From Candidatus Hodarchaeum mangrovi (lineage in GTDB: Archaea > Asgardarchaeota > Heimdallarchaeia > Hodarchaeales > Hodarchaeaceae): a stretch of 39,927 bases of DNA. The DNA is taken from positions 1 through 39,927 of the forward strand of contig JAEOUE010000134.1 of the NCBI GenBank assembly GCA_016839515.1, in the 5' to 3' direction. The first letter of the stretch is position 1. Every line of letters starts with the position of its first letter. Of the stretch, positions 19,392 to 29,603 are shown one piece after another. The position numbers and the translations under genes were made by a program. Under the pieces are notes generated by a model. It was not told the origin of the DNA and did not search any database. It saw nothing but the letters and a program-made list of their open reading frames with translations.

Positions 19392-20681
19392 CTAATTATT
19401 CTTATGCAAAATATTTATCACTATTTGCTTTGCCCCATAAGCAACTCCTTCCGTCATTATCCATCCAGCTTTCCCTTTAAAACCGTCACCTACAAAATAG
19501 AGATTGGATATCTCAGTTGAATGATTAGGTAAATCGTGTCCTTGAACCGCAAAATTTACAGGCCATGTTTTATGAAAGGTATGGATACAAATTTCATTTT
19601 TTTCTTCTAGATCGGGAAAAGCCTGAAATATTTCTTCACGAGCTTTCTGTGTTTCCTTAACTATATTATCAGTATGAAAAACTTGATGGGTAATAAACAT
19701 TGTCTTTCCATTAGGGGCTAGTCCTGAAGAATTTAATGTTGGTTCAACAGCTCCTTTCACGTAATCAAGAGTGGGAAATTGAGCAACTGTTGATCTTTTG
19801 AGCAAAGAGGCATCTGTCTGAAATATAAATCCTCCTCCGCGAGCAACAGGAGTACTGGGTAATCGAAAAGGAAGGTTACTCCTTTCTAATATTTTGTTAA
19901 TTTGAGGATGTCCTAAATTAAGAATATATTGTTTTGCACAAAAATCAAATTCCTCGCCATTTCTTCGATCCACACATGCTACAGAAGAAATCTCCGAACC
20001 ATCTATCTCTAACTTTATAAGTTCAGTATTGAGATTTAGATTTACATTATTTTTTTCACTATATTGAACTAAAGCATTTATAACTGTTTTACATCCACCT
20101 TGAGGTACCCCAGGTCTTCCTCGCTCATATAACCGCTTTAAGAACCTAAACATTTCTGCTGTAGGTATCTCACTAATATCCAGACTCAAAGCAAATCCTG
20201 TGATTGCATTAAAAAATTGGAAGATTTCAGGATCAGCATTATTTTCCTCTAAAAATTCATGAAAGGTGTTGGAAAACTGATCGGATTTTCGAGCTTTGAG
20301 AAGAAGCTTACGTATAACAAAGTAATATTGCTGAAATCTTGTTAAGGCTCTAAAAATCCCCCAAAAATGCTTATGCTTAATTAAATCTTTCTTCGGAGGC
20401 CAATACCAAGTTGTAAAGTATTCATTTTCAATGATAGGAACAGGGAGATTGAGCTCTCTTAAAAGTATTTGACCTAGGGGACCTTTCTTTCCATGAGGGA
20501 TCATATGAACAGCCCCTGTAGGGATTTGAAAACCTTCATAATCCATCGCAGTAAAACGCCCTCCGAAGAAAGGTAGTCGTTCGGCAAGAAAGATTGATTT
20601 TTTTTCTTTAGAAAGAAGAGTGGAACACAAAAGTCCTCCTAAACCACCTCCAGCAATGAATAGATCATATTCCTTTGTCAA
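19392..20681 (-). CDS. FAD-dependent oxidoreductase (phytoene dehydrogenase-like, COG1233 type)
   Basis: YDLFIAGGGLGGL, ERLPFFGGR, TGAVHM, PQGGCK, LAPNGK, NLYFVGD, TEGVA. Confidence 0.85.
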   Translation of the reverse strand: MTKEYDLFIAGGGLGGLLCSTLLSKEKKSIFLAERLPFFGGRFTAMDYEGFQIPTGAVHMIPHGKKGPLGQILLRELNLPVPIIENEYFTTWYWPPKKDLIKHKHFWGIFRALTRFQQYYFVIRKLLLKARKSDQFSNTFHEFLEENNADPEIFQFFNAITGFALSLDISEIPTAEMFRFLKRLYERGRPGVPQGGCKTVINALVQYSEKNNVNLNLNTELIKLEIDGSEISSVACVDRRNGEEFDFCAKQYILNLGHPQINKILERSNLPFRLPSTPVARGGGFIFQTDASLLKRSTVAQFPTLDYVKGAVEPTLNSSGLAPNGKTMFITHQVFHTDNIVKETQKAREEIFQAFPDLEEKNEICIHTFHKTWPVNFAVQGHDLPNHSTEISNLYFVGDGFKGKAGWIMTEGVAYGAKQIVINILHKNN

Positions 20682-20684
20682 TTG

Positions 20685-20870
20685 CTATTCCTCCCAATTA
20701 GATTTAATTGCGGATACGGGACAACTTCTGATACACTTTTTACATTTTATACACACATTTCGTGTGTATTTTGATACAGTTTCTACTATAAAGCAATTTA
20801 CTGGGCAAAGCATTTCACAATAAGCACATCCAACACAAATATTTTCCATAATCTCTATAATTGCAAACAC
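20685..20870 (-). CDS. 2x[4Fe-4S] ferredoxin
   Basis: CVGCAYCEMLCP and CIKCKKCIRSCPVSAI; its stop lies 3 nt before the oxidoreductase start. Confidence 0.9.
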   Translation of the reverse strand: MFAIIEIMENICVGCAYCEMLCPVNCFIVETVSKYTRNVCIKCKKCIRSCPVSAIKSNWEE

Positions 20871-21034
20871 CTACTTACTTGGGAATATTTTTCACCTTTT
20901 GGAACAGCATATAAGTAAATTATTTTCTTTCTAGTTCTGATAATCGAAATCTTTAAGAGACCATTAAAAGATAATCATATGAAATTGCAATAACATTCCC
21001 TATTAGAATTGAGATTTCCTATAGAATAAGATAT

Positions 21035-21874
21035 TTGGGTTTAAAAATGGCACCAAGAGCTTTAGTGATCGGAATTCCATTATTGTTAATCGGAATTACC
21101 TTATTTGGTCTTTTTGCGGTAGCAGGAATTGATATTACACCATTTAGTGGTACGACTGGGACTTTTCCTGAGATGGGTGTTCTGGGTCAGGTAAATGCTT
21201 TCGATACTAGTGATTTATTGATATTGAGTAACCCACCAACTCATCCATTTTATGTAGCAGTAAAAGTTCAATTTATTATTGATCCTGTCTCTACAATAGA
21301 TTGTGATGTTTCCCTTTATTATCAGTCTTCAGGCGACACTCTGTATTTCATCCCAGGATCCCTAGAAACAATTATTTCTGAGACCTCTGGGGCATTAACC
21401 AAAGGTGTGATAACAACACAGATTCCCCCCTCTTCTGCAGCAAAGGGATATAAACTTTATTTACGAGTTAATAACAAAGAAGCTGGGGCAATAACAATAA
21501 CACAAGCTCGACTCGACCTGCAATTCACACTCTTTTCACATGTCATACCTGTTCTTTTAACTCTTATTGGTGGAATAGTGAGTATTTTAGCTTTTATACG
21601 GGGTAAAAAAGGTCCAAGAAAAGCTGAAAGACCAGTCGCTACTGGTTGGGAACCAACACTACAATGGGGGACAGCAAGTGGAACAACAAAAGTGAAATCA
21701 AGTGCAAATAAACCAAAATTAGCTGTAAAATCAACAAAAATACCCAAAACAGAAAAGAAAGTTGTTAAAAAGACTGTACCAGCTGGAGGAGCCCAAACAG
21801 CTTGTAAATTCTGTGGAAAACAGGTTTCAGCAAGTGCATTCTTTTGTCCCCATTGTTATGGAAAATTACGATAA
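21035..21874 (+). CDS. Two-TM membrane protein with a Lys-rich linker and C-terminal zinc ribbon (likely ATG start at 21047)
   Basis: N-terminal TM, beta-rich ectodomain, second TM (VIPVLLTLIGGIVSILAFI), K-rich tail, CKFCGK ... FCPHCY. Confidence 0.75.
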   Translation: MGLKMAPRALVIGIPLLLIGITLFGLFAVAGIDITPFSGTTGTFPEMGVLGQVNAFDTSDLLILSNPPTHPFYVAVKVQFIIDPVSTIDCDVSLYYQSSGDTLYFIPGSLETIISETSGALTKGVITTQIPPSSAAKGYKLYLRVNNKEAGAITITQARLDLQFTLFSHVIPVLLTLIGGIVSILAFIRGKKGPRKAERPVATGWEPTLQWGTASGTTKVKSSANKPKLAVKSTKIPKTEKKVVKKTVPAGGAQTACKFCGKQVSASAFFCPHCYGKLR

Positions 21875-22020
21875 TAGAACAATATGAGGAGGGTAAAATT
21901 ATACTTTTTGTTTCGTCTTACCTGAAATTTAACTTATGCTATGGTTGAGGTCACACTTTTTTATTCACCTGTAAAAAGGAATGTTGTTTAGAAACAGAGG
22001 TAATCATGGTTATAATTAAA

Positions 22021-22026
22021 AGGTGA
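22021..22026 (+). promoter_or_regulatory. Shine-Dalgarno site of the PFK gene
   Basis: AGGTGA 6 nt before the ATG at 22033. Confidence 0.6.
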
Positions 22027-22032
22027 AAGTCA

Positions 22033-23211
22033 ATGGGTATAAGAATAGGTGTTCTTACAGGTGGTGGTGATTGTCCTGGTCTTAATAGCGTTTTATATGG
22101 AATTTTATTGATGGCAAACGAAAAAACTGAAATAGCAGAAATCATTGGGATTGAGAAGGGATGGACTGGGTTTTTAACAAATAAGACAAGGAAGCTGGAC
22201 ATTTCATCTTTGGATGATCTCCATACAATTGGAGGTACTCTTCTCTACACTTCAAGAACAAATCCCTTTAAAGACATCATGAAGGAAAAAAATTTAGAAG
22301 AAAGAGAAAAAAAAATAAAAAAGATCGCTGAGGAGATGAGTCTTCAATTTGAAACACTTGGTATTGATGTATTAATTGCAATTGGAGGAGATGATACATT
22401 AGGCGTAGCTGAAGCTATGTATAAATATACAAAAGCAAAAGTCATAGGTGTACCCAAGACAATTGACAATGATCTTGCAAGCACAGATTATACTTTCGGA
22501 TTCTGGTCTGCAGTTCAACTTGCTTCAAATTCTATGGATAATATAACTACAACTGCTCGATCTCATCAAAGAATTTTTGTGATTCAAGTCATGGGTAGAG
22601 ATGCAGGATGGTTAACCCTTGTTAGTGGCATTTCAACTGGTGCAGATATAATTCTTATCCCTGAAAGACCATTCGACTTTGAAAATGAGATTATTAATGT
22701 TCTTAAAGAACGAGTAAAAGCTGGAAGAAAATACCACATTATTGCCTGTAGTGAAGGTGCTATTCCAACATTTGAATCCCTTAAAAGAGATTTTAAAACA
22801 CTAACCCAAGATTCAATAGAAAAATTACCAAAAGATGATTTCGGAAATCCTCTTTTGTCAAAACTGAACATGTCACAAATTATTGTTGAAGAATTAAACC
22901 TTAGAAAAGATTTAAAGGAATTTTTTAATTCAAACGATGTAGAATATGATATTCGTGATGTTATTTTAGGCCATACGATGAGAGCTGGAACCCCCAATTC
23001 ATTCGATCGTATTCTTGGACTTAGATTAGGTGTTCATGCTGTTAAACTCGCTATTGAAGGAAAATTTGGATTTATGACATGCCTTCATGGAGATAAGATT
23101 GATATAGTTCCACTTTCTAAAGGAACACAAAAGAAAATTGTTCCAAAAGATTCAGATCTAATTGAACTTTGTGATCTTATAACTCGTGTAAAATACCACA
23201 AGAACCATTAA
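22033..23211 (+). CDS. pfp: PfkA-family phosphofructokinase, predicted pyrophosphate dependent
   Basis: LTGGGDCPGLN, GGTLLYTSR, IGGDDT, PKTIDND, MGRDAGW, LGHTMRAG; the GGDD plus PKTID combination is the PPi signature. Confidence 0.88.
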   Translation: MGIRIGVLTGGGDCPGLNSVLYGILLMANEKTEIAEIIGIEKGWTGFLTNKTRKLDISSLDDLHTIGGTLLYTSRTNPFKDIMKEKNLEEREKKIKKIAEEMSLQFETLGIDVLIAIGGDDTLGVAEAMYKYTKAKVIGVPKTIDNDLASTDYTFGFWSAVQLASNSMDNITTTARSHQRIFVIQVMGRDAGWLTLVSGISTGADIILIPERPFDFENEIINVLKERVKAGRKYHIIACSEGAIPTFESLKRDFKTLTQDSIEKLPKDDFGNPLLSKLNMSQIIVEELNLRKDLKEFFNSNDVEYDIRDVILGHTMRAGTPNSFDRILGLRLGVHAVKLAIEGKFGFMTCLHGDKIDIVPLSKGTQKKIVPKDSDLIELCDLITRVKYHKNH

Positions 23212-23244
23212 CATCAAAACTGGAGGGATAGTTCCTAATGTTAC

Positions 23245-24405
23245 TTAGGTTAATTTCTCTTTATCAGCTTTTCTTAGCTTAAAAACCGAAATAATTACTA
23301 TAGTTAATACTAATGTTGGAGAATCATAAATAATAAATTTAACTTGAGTCGTGGTTTGGGTAGAAAAAGTAGTGGTTGAGATGTTATAATTAGTATATGG
23401 AACTTCTTCTAACGCCTTACAAGCATTCAACAGACCATAACCAAAAATTGGATCCTTTCCCACTTCTCCTAAGTCAGTAGAAGTATTATGTAGTATTTCT
23501 CTTATTTTATCAGTTGATAAATCTTTGTTTAAAGATTTCATTAATCCAATAGTTCCAGAAACTAAAGGAGCAGCAAATGAGGTTCCTGACCCTATTCTAA
23601 GAGACAAAGTGCCTGGTTCAATAGAATAAACATCAGCTCCTGGAGCACAAATTTCATTTTGATCACCAGGTGAGGAAAATGAGGCAATGGATTGAGATTG
23701 AGTCGTTGCTGATACTGCAATGACTTCAGAATAATTTCCTGGATAAGTAACATGATCTTGATTATTTCCTGTTACACTTACTATTGTTACCCCTTGCTCA
23801 TAGGCTGATTTAAGAGAATTATAAAAATCAGAAGGTGGAATGCCATTTGCTTGAATAGACATATGAATGATGTCAGCTCCATTCTCTACAGCATAATTTA
23901 CTGCTTCAGTAAACATTCCCCAGTCAGATCCTGAAAATGAGTTTGAATCATCTAAAAAGCGGATGTTCATAATTTTTATCCCAGGAGCTATTCCAACCAT
24001 TAAATGACCATCATCATCTGCAACTATCAATCCTGCAACAAATGTGCCATGTTCATGACCTGGAGACGGATCATTATCTCCATCACGGAAATCCCAACCT
24101 GAAACATCATCTATATATCCATTACTATCATCGTCCTTACCATTTCCCGAGAGCTCATCCTTATTAATCCAACTTTGGTTGACTAAATCAGGATGAGTGA
24201 AATCTATTCCACTATCGATTATTGCAATCGTAATATCAGAGGTTCCTTGTGTAAAATTCCAAGCCTCTTCAGTATTAACGTTTATTAAATTCCATTGTGT
24301 AGAAGGATTAATAAATCCATTAACAATTAAATATGGTCTTTTCAACGAAAAAAAAATTACTAGGAAGAAAAAACAGAAGAATAATTTCCCGAAAAATCGT
24401 TTCAA
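23245..24405 (-). CDS. Membrane-anchored S8 subtilisin-like serine protease
   Basis: Catalytic triad IAIIDSG, HGTFVAG, GTSFAAP; Ca-binding insert NGKDDDSNGYIDDVSGWDF; signal peptide, T-rich linker and C-terminal TM. Confidence 0.93.
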   Translation of the reverse strand: MKRFFGKLFFCFFFLVIFFSLKRPYLIVNGFINPSTQWNLINVNTEEAWNFTQGTSDITIAIIDSGIDFTHPDLVNQSWINKDELSGNGKDDDSNGYIDDVSGWDFRDGDNDPSPGHEHGTFVAGLIVADDDGHLMVGIAPGIKIMNIRFLDDSNSFSGSDWGMFTEAVNYAVENGADIIHMSIQANGIPPSDFYNSLKSAYEQGVTIVSVTGNNQDHVTYPGNYSEVIAVSATTQSQSIASFSSPGDQNEICAPGADVYSIEPGTLSLRIGSGTSFAAPLVSGTIGLMKSLNKDLSTDKIREILHNTSTDLGEVGKDPIFGYGLLNACKALEEVPYTNYNISTTTFSTQTTTQVKFIIYDSPTLVLTIVIISVFKLRKADKEKLT

Positions 24406-25740
24406 TCAAATTACTTCCAAGTTTATTTCAATATTTAATAAGGAGGCTTCACGTTTAAGCACTTCCAATCCGATTTTGGGTTGTCTTAAATAAAATTCAA
24501 TTTGCCAATAATTATTATGAAATATTTCATCAGTAATCGACGTAAAATTATAAAAAAAAGCTCGAAATTTTGAATTTGGAGGATATTTACAACGATACTT
24601 GATTTGAGGCTTGAATTCGTTAAACACTTCAAATAATGGATTTATGTTCGTTAATGCCGATATTGGAATTGTTCTTAATTCTGGAAACTTTTCTGTTAAC
24701 GCAGTTACTCTTAAATCAACCTCATACTTATCTAATAAATCAATTTTGTTTAAAATAATCAGCTGATGATTTTGAAGATTCAAGTTACTGATTGTTTGAA
24801 CAGTTATCTCTGCTTTTTGGAGCACTAAGGGTAAAGGATCACTAGCATCGATAATCAAAAGAACAATATCAGCAGCGACGCTTTCTTCCAAAGTTGAACG
24901 AAATGAATCGATTAAAAATGTTGGTAAATCTTCAATAAATCCCACTGTATCTGTTACAAAGACTTTCATGTCATCAAGCTGAAAACTTCTGACTTTTGTA
25001 TCCAAAGTTTCAAATAATCTGGAGCTTACTTGGGAAGCTTCTTGTTGGATTAATGTATTCAATAAAGTAGACTTTCCAGCTGAAGTGTAACCAACAAGAC
25101 TAATGTATAAACTTTCATGATAACGTCTTTTCCGGAAAGATCGTTTATAATCTCGCTGCTTTTTAATTTTATTTAACTTTTCGCGAATTCTGGACTCATT
25201 TTTTGTCATAATTGCTTCTAAAACGTTTAAAGGAGTCTCTCCTGTTCCCCAAAATCCTGAACGTTCCGTATGCCATGCACCCTCGATCCCAAGTTGGTGT
25301 AGTAACCGTACTTTTTCACGGGGTTGTTGGTACATTAATTGTGCTAGTTTTATCTGAAGCTGAGATTCCTCAGTCATAGCACGAGATTGAAATATTTCTA
25401 AAACCAACTCGAATTTATCAATAATTTCCCTATTAAAAAAATTTTCAAGATTAATGTGTTGTTTAGCTGATAAATGTCCCCCAATAATTACTGGTATGGA
25501 TTCTGGATAGTTAGCTAATATAACTCTGACTTCTTCAAGATAAGATCTGTTAAAAAAGAGATTTGATTCATTAGAAGGGAGTTTAAAATCTTTGGAAACT
25601 AAATACTTCGCTGAATGTATTAATTGTTTCATTTCTTCATTCAAGAATCTTTGGCGATTCCCTTCACCACTTAGAAATATAGCAATACATTCTCGTGATG
25701 TTACCAATGTGTGATCTGTCGCTAATTCATGCACAATCAA
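24406..25740 (-). CDS. hflX: Ribosome-associated GTPase HflX
   Basis: LEIFQSRA ... LAQLMY, GTGET, G1 GYTSAGKST, G2 LFETLD, G3 DTVGF, G4 NKID, G5 ISA. Confidence 0.92.
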   Translation of the reverse strand: MIVHELATDHTLVTSRECIAIFLSGEGNRQRFLNEEMKQLIHSAKYLVSKDFKLPSNESNLFFNRSYLEEVRVILANYPESIPVIIGGHLSAKQHINLENFFNREIIDKFELVLEIFQSRAMTEESQLQIKLAQLMYQQPREKVRLLHQLGIEGAWHTERSGFWGTGETPLNVLEAIMTKNESRIREKLNKIKKQRDYKRSFRKRRYHESLYISLVGYTSAGKSTLLNTLIQQEASQVSSRLFETLDTKVRSFQLDDMKVFVTDTVGFIEDLPTFLIDSFRSTLEESVAADIVLLIIDASDPLPLVLQKAEITVQTISNLNLQNHQLIILNKIDLLDKYEVDLRVTALTEKFPELRTIPISALTNINPLFEVFNEFKPQIKYRCKYPPNSKFRAFFYNFTSITDEIFHNNYWQIEFYLRQPKIGLEVLKREASLLNIEINLEVI

Positions 25741-25971
25741 ACCTCAACATTAGATAATCGAATCTTCTGCTTACTAGTGCTACTCTTTATTTTCTTTTTA
25801 AAAATTTGGAAATTAACGTAAGAGCATGAAATATTGAACCATCATATATTATGTACGATTTAAAATTCGTTAATGTCATTATATATGCCAAAAAACACCG
25901 TATCTCGAAAAAGAATGTTTAAATAAAGCCATAACTATTGTGAAGATGGCAAGAGAATGGGTTAAAGAACA

Positions 25972-26379
25972 ATGAGCGCCTCTGAAGAGAAGAATCCAAG
26001 ACGTAAGAAATTAATTCAACCACAAGAAGTAATAGTTTGGTATATTTTGCCTGCAATCAGACGAGAAATTACAAATATTCTTATTAATGAATATCAAATG
26101 GCTCAAAAGGACATTGCAAAACGTTTTGGTCTTACTGAACCAGCAATTACTCAATATAAATACAGTAAACGAGGTGCAATTGATTTTAATCCAAAAGTTC
26201 AAGAAAAAATTAAAGAGGCTGCGTTGAAAGTTAAAAATGCTGATCCTGATGATGAGAGTTTTGCACCAAGAGAAGTTCAACGAATCCTGAAATTTATACA
26301 GAATGGGGGCTATCTCTGTGAATTTCACAAAAAGTATGGTCTTGTTCATGAAAATTGTGGAATTTGTAATGCTAAATAA
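25972..26379 (+). CDS. Archaeal XRE-like HTH transcriptional regulator with a C-terminal Cys/His motif (COG2522-like)
   Basis: PQEVIVWYILPAIRRE, QKDIAKRFGLTEPAITQY ... KRG, LCEFH ... CGIC. Confidence 0.8.
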   Translation: MSASEEKNPRRKKLIQPQEVIVWYILPAIRREITNILINEYQMAQKDIAKRFGLTEPAITQYKYSKRGAIDFNPKVQEKIKEAALKVKNADPDDESFAPREVQRILKFIQNGGYLCEFHKKYGLVHENCGICNAK

Positions 26380-26518
26380 ATGGAGAAAATTTCGTTTCTA
26401 ATCCTATATTCCTATAATTCTCTATTTTTAAACTAGTGTATAATAGACAGCATAAAATTTTTTGAAGTAGATTCTAAATTCCATTAATCTGTAGCCTTGA
26501 TCTAGTCTAGCAAATAAG

Positions 26519-29344
26519 GTGAATTTAATGGATGATAAAATCTCACAGAGCCAAGTGATTGTAGTACCTCATACACACTGGGATAGAGAATGGTACTTGC
26601 CTTTTCAAGTTTTTAGAAACCGTATTGTCCACCTGGTTGACTATCTTTTGAAGATACTTGAGACTCAACCTGAATATTACTTTATGCTTGATGGCCAAAC
26701 TATAATAATAAAAGATTATTTAGAATTGAGGCCGAAAAATTCCGAAAAATTATTTAGCTTAATTAAATCTGGTCAAATTGATGTTGGTCCCCTATTTATT
26801 CTTCCAGATGAATGGTTAGTCTCTGGTGAAAGTATTATACGAAATTATGAGTATAGCTTTCAATTAGGAAAGAAATATAATATTCCAATCATGTCGATAG
26901 CTTATTTGCCTGATATGTTTGGTCATTCACAAGCAATTCCACAAATTCTTTATGATACTACTAATATTAGAACAGCAGTTCTATGGAGAGGTGTTGGAGC
27001 TGAAATTTCTATGGTACCATTCATATGGAAAACAAGTTCAGAGAGTCAGGCATCTATTTTCACCATATATCTACCTCAGGGATATGGAAATGCATCACGA
27101 CTTCCTGAAGACAAAGAAAATCTAAAAAAAGCGATTCAAGAAAAACTATTACTACTAAAACCGTATTCTCCAGTTCCAATTTATCTTCTCATGAATGGTA
27201 CAGACCATACTTTTCCCCAACCTAAACTTCAAAAATTATTGAATGAATTGTCTGATAATTTTCAAGTAATCAAGATTGGTACGATAGCTGAATTTATTGA
27301 GCTTCTCAGAAAAGGACTTGTCGAAGAAGATATACAAATATATCATTATTTTGGAGAATTTAGATCATCACTCCGAGCACCTCTCTTACAAGATACATAT
27401 AGTAGTAGAATGTGGATAAAACAATTATCACAAAAGATTAATGATTTATTAGTTCATTATGCAGAACCCCTAAATACCTATCTTAATGAATTAACCCAAG
27501 ATTATCCCTCAGATACTTTTTTAACAGCTTGGAAGTGGTATTTAGAGAACCAACCACATGATTCAATCTGCGGATGTTCAATAGATCAGGTTCACAAGGA
27601 GATGAAAACACGGTTCGATTGGAGTAAACAAATTGGAGAGAATCTGATTGAGGACTTCTATGACAAATTGAATGTATTTGTTCAAAAAAATGATAATAGA
27701 ACTCAATTAACTCATGGGAATACTTTAATCGTATTTAATCCAACAAATATGAGAGATGAGATGATAATAGAAACTTCTTTTCCTAAAGATTTCGCTGTTA
27801 CTTATGTTGAAGCTCAAAATGGCAATAAATATCCAGTTCAACAAGTTTTTGAGCAAGAAGACATTCTATTTCAATCTAATGTTAATACTATAATTTTTAA
27901 ATCATTATTATCGAAAGTAAGTAGTGGGAAAGTCTATAATTACTATATAAATGATGTGGCTACCTTTACCAAGGATCCTCAAACTTTACAGATAATAGTC
28001 AAGTGTAGCGAAGTGAAATTATATAATAATCTAGAAGAAAAGTATGGATTTATCAAAGATATATTAAAAGAGAATCAATATAAGAGATTTCACATTTTAG
28101 TAATAAAAGGAGGGGCTAATAAGCTAATTTTTACCGCACCCTTGAAACCATGGGCATTTACAGTATTTACTGCAATGTCCTTTAAGGAGAAATTAAATAA
28201 TTCTTCAGAGTTTATTGTGACGAATAAGAACGTTGAAAATAAATTCTATAAATTAGAAATCAAGAAAAATGGATCATTTGATTTATATGACAAACAAACA
28301 GAAATTTTATTCCAAAATCTTCATCAATTTGAAGATTGGGGGGATAAAGGTGATGAATATACATTTGGAAGAATAGGTCCAGTAATAAATACAATATCTA
28401 TTGAAAAGAAAAGCATCACACAAACAGGTAATGTGTTTGCTGAAATTTTATTATCAGGATCAATGTTACTTCCTAAAGAGCTCTCTAAAACTAGGGATAA
28501 AAGACAAGATAAAGTAAAAATACCTCTCAAAATTGTATTAAGAATTTATAAGAATTTACCAAGAATTGATTTCGAAACTACCCTAACAAATGTTGCTAAA
28601 GATCATAGACTTAGAATAAACTTTCTTTTACCATTCAAATCTGATAATACATTAACAAGTACTCATTTTGGCGTAGTTAAGAGAAAAACGATACTCCCTG
28701 ATTCAAAAGAATATATTGAGAAGCCTTCTGGTATACAACCTCAAAAGAGATTTATTAGAATTGAAAACCTGTATGGTAAAGAAGCTTTGACATTAGTCAA
28801 TGATGGTTTACCTGAAGTTGAATTAATTGACCAAAAAATACTTTCTCTAACTTTACTACGAGCAATTGGCTATCTTTCAAGAGATGATTTTGAAGAGAGA
28901 CCTCTACATGCAGGACCTTTTCTGGAAACAAAAGAGGCCCAAGAACAAAAAACATATACCTTTCAATACTCTTTAATCGTACACCCAAAAACATTCCCAC
29001 TTTCTTGGAGTGCTGATCAAGCAGAAAGTGCTACATTAGCTCCTTGGGTGCGATCTGTTAATTCGGCTGTCCAAAGCATTGAAAAATTAAATCCTCTTTG
29101 TGAAATTCATGATAATGATATTCGGTTCTCTTCAATTAGAGTGAGGAATAAAACACCCTTAATTACTCTGTTTAACTTAACAAATGAAAAAAAATCAGTA
29201 AAAGCAATTTTTCCAATGTATTATAAAAATCTAATCCAAACAACGGTTGAAGAAGTTCAAAAAGAGAAATTTAAGCTTGAATCTGGTCAAATAACCTTAG
29301 AATTTTTTCCACATGAAATAAAAATGCTTGAACTCTTAAAATAA
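26519..29344 (+). CDS. GH38 alpha-mannosidase (MngB-like)
   Basis: PHTHWDREWY, LDGQT, PDEWLVSGES, PDMFGH, NGTDH, NQPHDSICGCS, GDEY, KDHRLR, LTLLR. Confidence 0.93.
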   Translation: MNLMDDKISQSQVIVVPHTHWDREWYLPFQVFRNRIVHLVDYLLKILETQPEYYFMLDGQTIIIKDYLELRPKNSEKLFSLIKSGQIDVGPLFILPDEWLVSGESIIRNYEYSFQLGKKYNIPIMSIAYLPDMFGHSQAIPQILYDTTNIRTAVLWRGVGAEISMVPFIWKTSSESQASIFTIYLPQGYGNASRLPEDKENLKKAIQEKLLLLKPYSPVPIYLLMNGTDHTFPQPKLQKLLNELSDNFQVIKIGTIAEFIELLRKGLVEEDIQIYHYFGEFRSSLRAPLLQDTYSSRMWIKQLSQKINDLLVHYAEPLNTYLNELTQDYPSDTFLTAWKWYLENQPHDSICGCSIDQVHKEMKTRFDWSKQIGENLIEDFYDKLNVFVQKNDNRTQLTHGNTLIVFNPTNMRDEMIIETSFPKDFAVTYVEAQNGNKYPVQQVFEQEDILFQSNVNTIIFKSLLSKVSSGKVYNYYINDVATFTKDPQTLQIIVKCSEVKLYNNLEEKYGFIKDILKENQYKRFHILVIKGGANKLIFTAPLKPWAFTVFTAMSFKEKLNNSSEFIVTNKNVENKFYKLEIKKNGSFDLYDKQTEILFQNLHQFEDWGDKGDEYTFGRIGPVINTISIEKKSITQTGNVFAEILLSGSMLLPKELSKTRDKRQDKVKIPLKIVLRIYKNLPRIDFETTLTNVAKDHRLRINFLLPFKSDNTLTSTHFGVVKRKTILPDSKEYIEKPSGIQPQKRFIRIENLYGKEALTLVNDGLPEVELIDQKILSLTLLRAIGYLSRDDFEERPLHAGPFLETKEAQEQKTYTFQYSLIVHPKTFPLSWSADQAESATLAPWVRSVNSAVQSIEKLNPLCEIHDNDIRFSSIRVRNKTPLITLFNLTNEKKSVKAIFPMYYKNLIQTTVEEVQKEKFKLESGQITLEFFPHEIKMLELLK

Positions 29345-29505
29345 TACCCTTTTCATTTTTCCTTTAACAAAGGATAATTTTTTTTATTAGTAATTATATT
29401 TAAGCAAGATTTGAATTAAGAATTGGTAATAAGAGTTTATTATATTTTTATTTATATACCTAAATAATACCTATATATTTTACATATATCTAGATAATGT
29501 GTTCT

Positions 29506-29554
29506 GAAAAAGATTTATAAATATTCAAGTTTTGGTTAGTTTTAACTTTATAAA
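29506..29554 (+). promoter_or_regulatory. Candidate BRE/TATA promoter(s) of tfb
   Basis: Purine-rich GAAAAAGA followed by TTTATAAA (29514-29521); second TTTATAAA at 29547-29554; GGAG at 29591 before the ATG at 29604. Confidence 0.5.
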
Positions 29555-29603
29555 ATTAAAACCCTGGACTACTTACAATGAAAATTTAGTGGAGAGACAT
29601 TAA

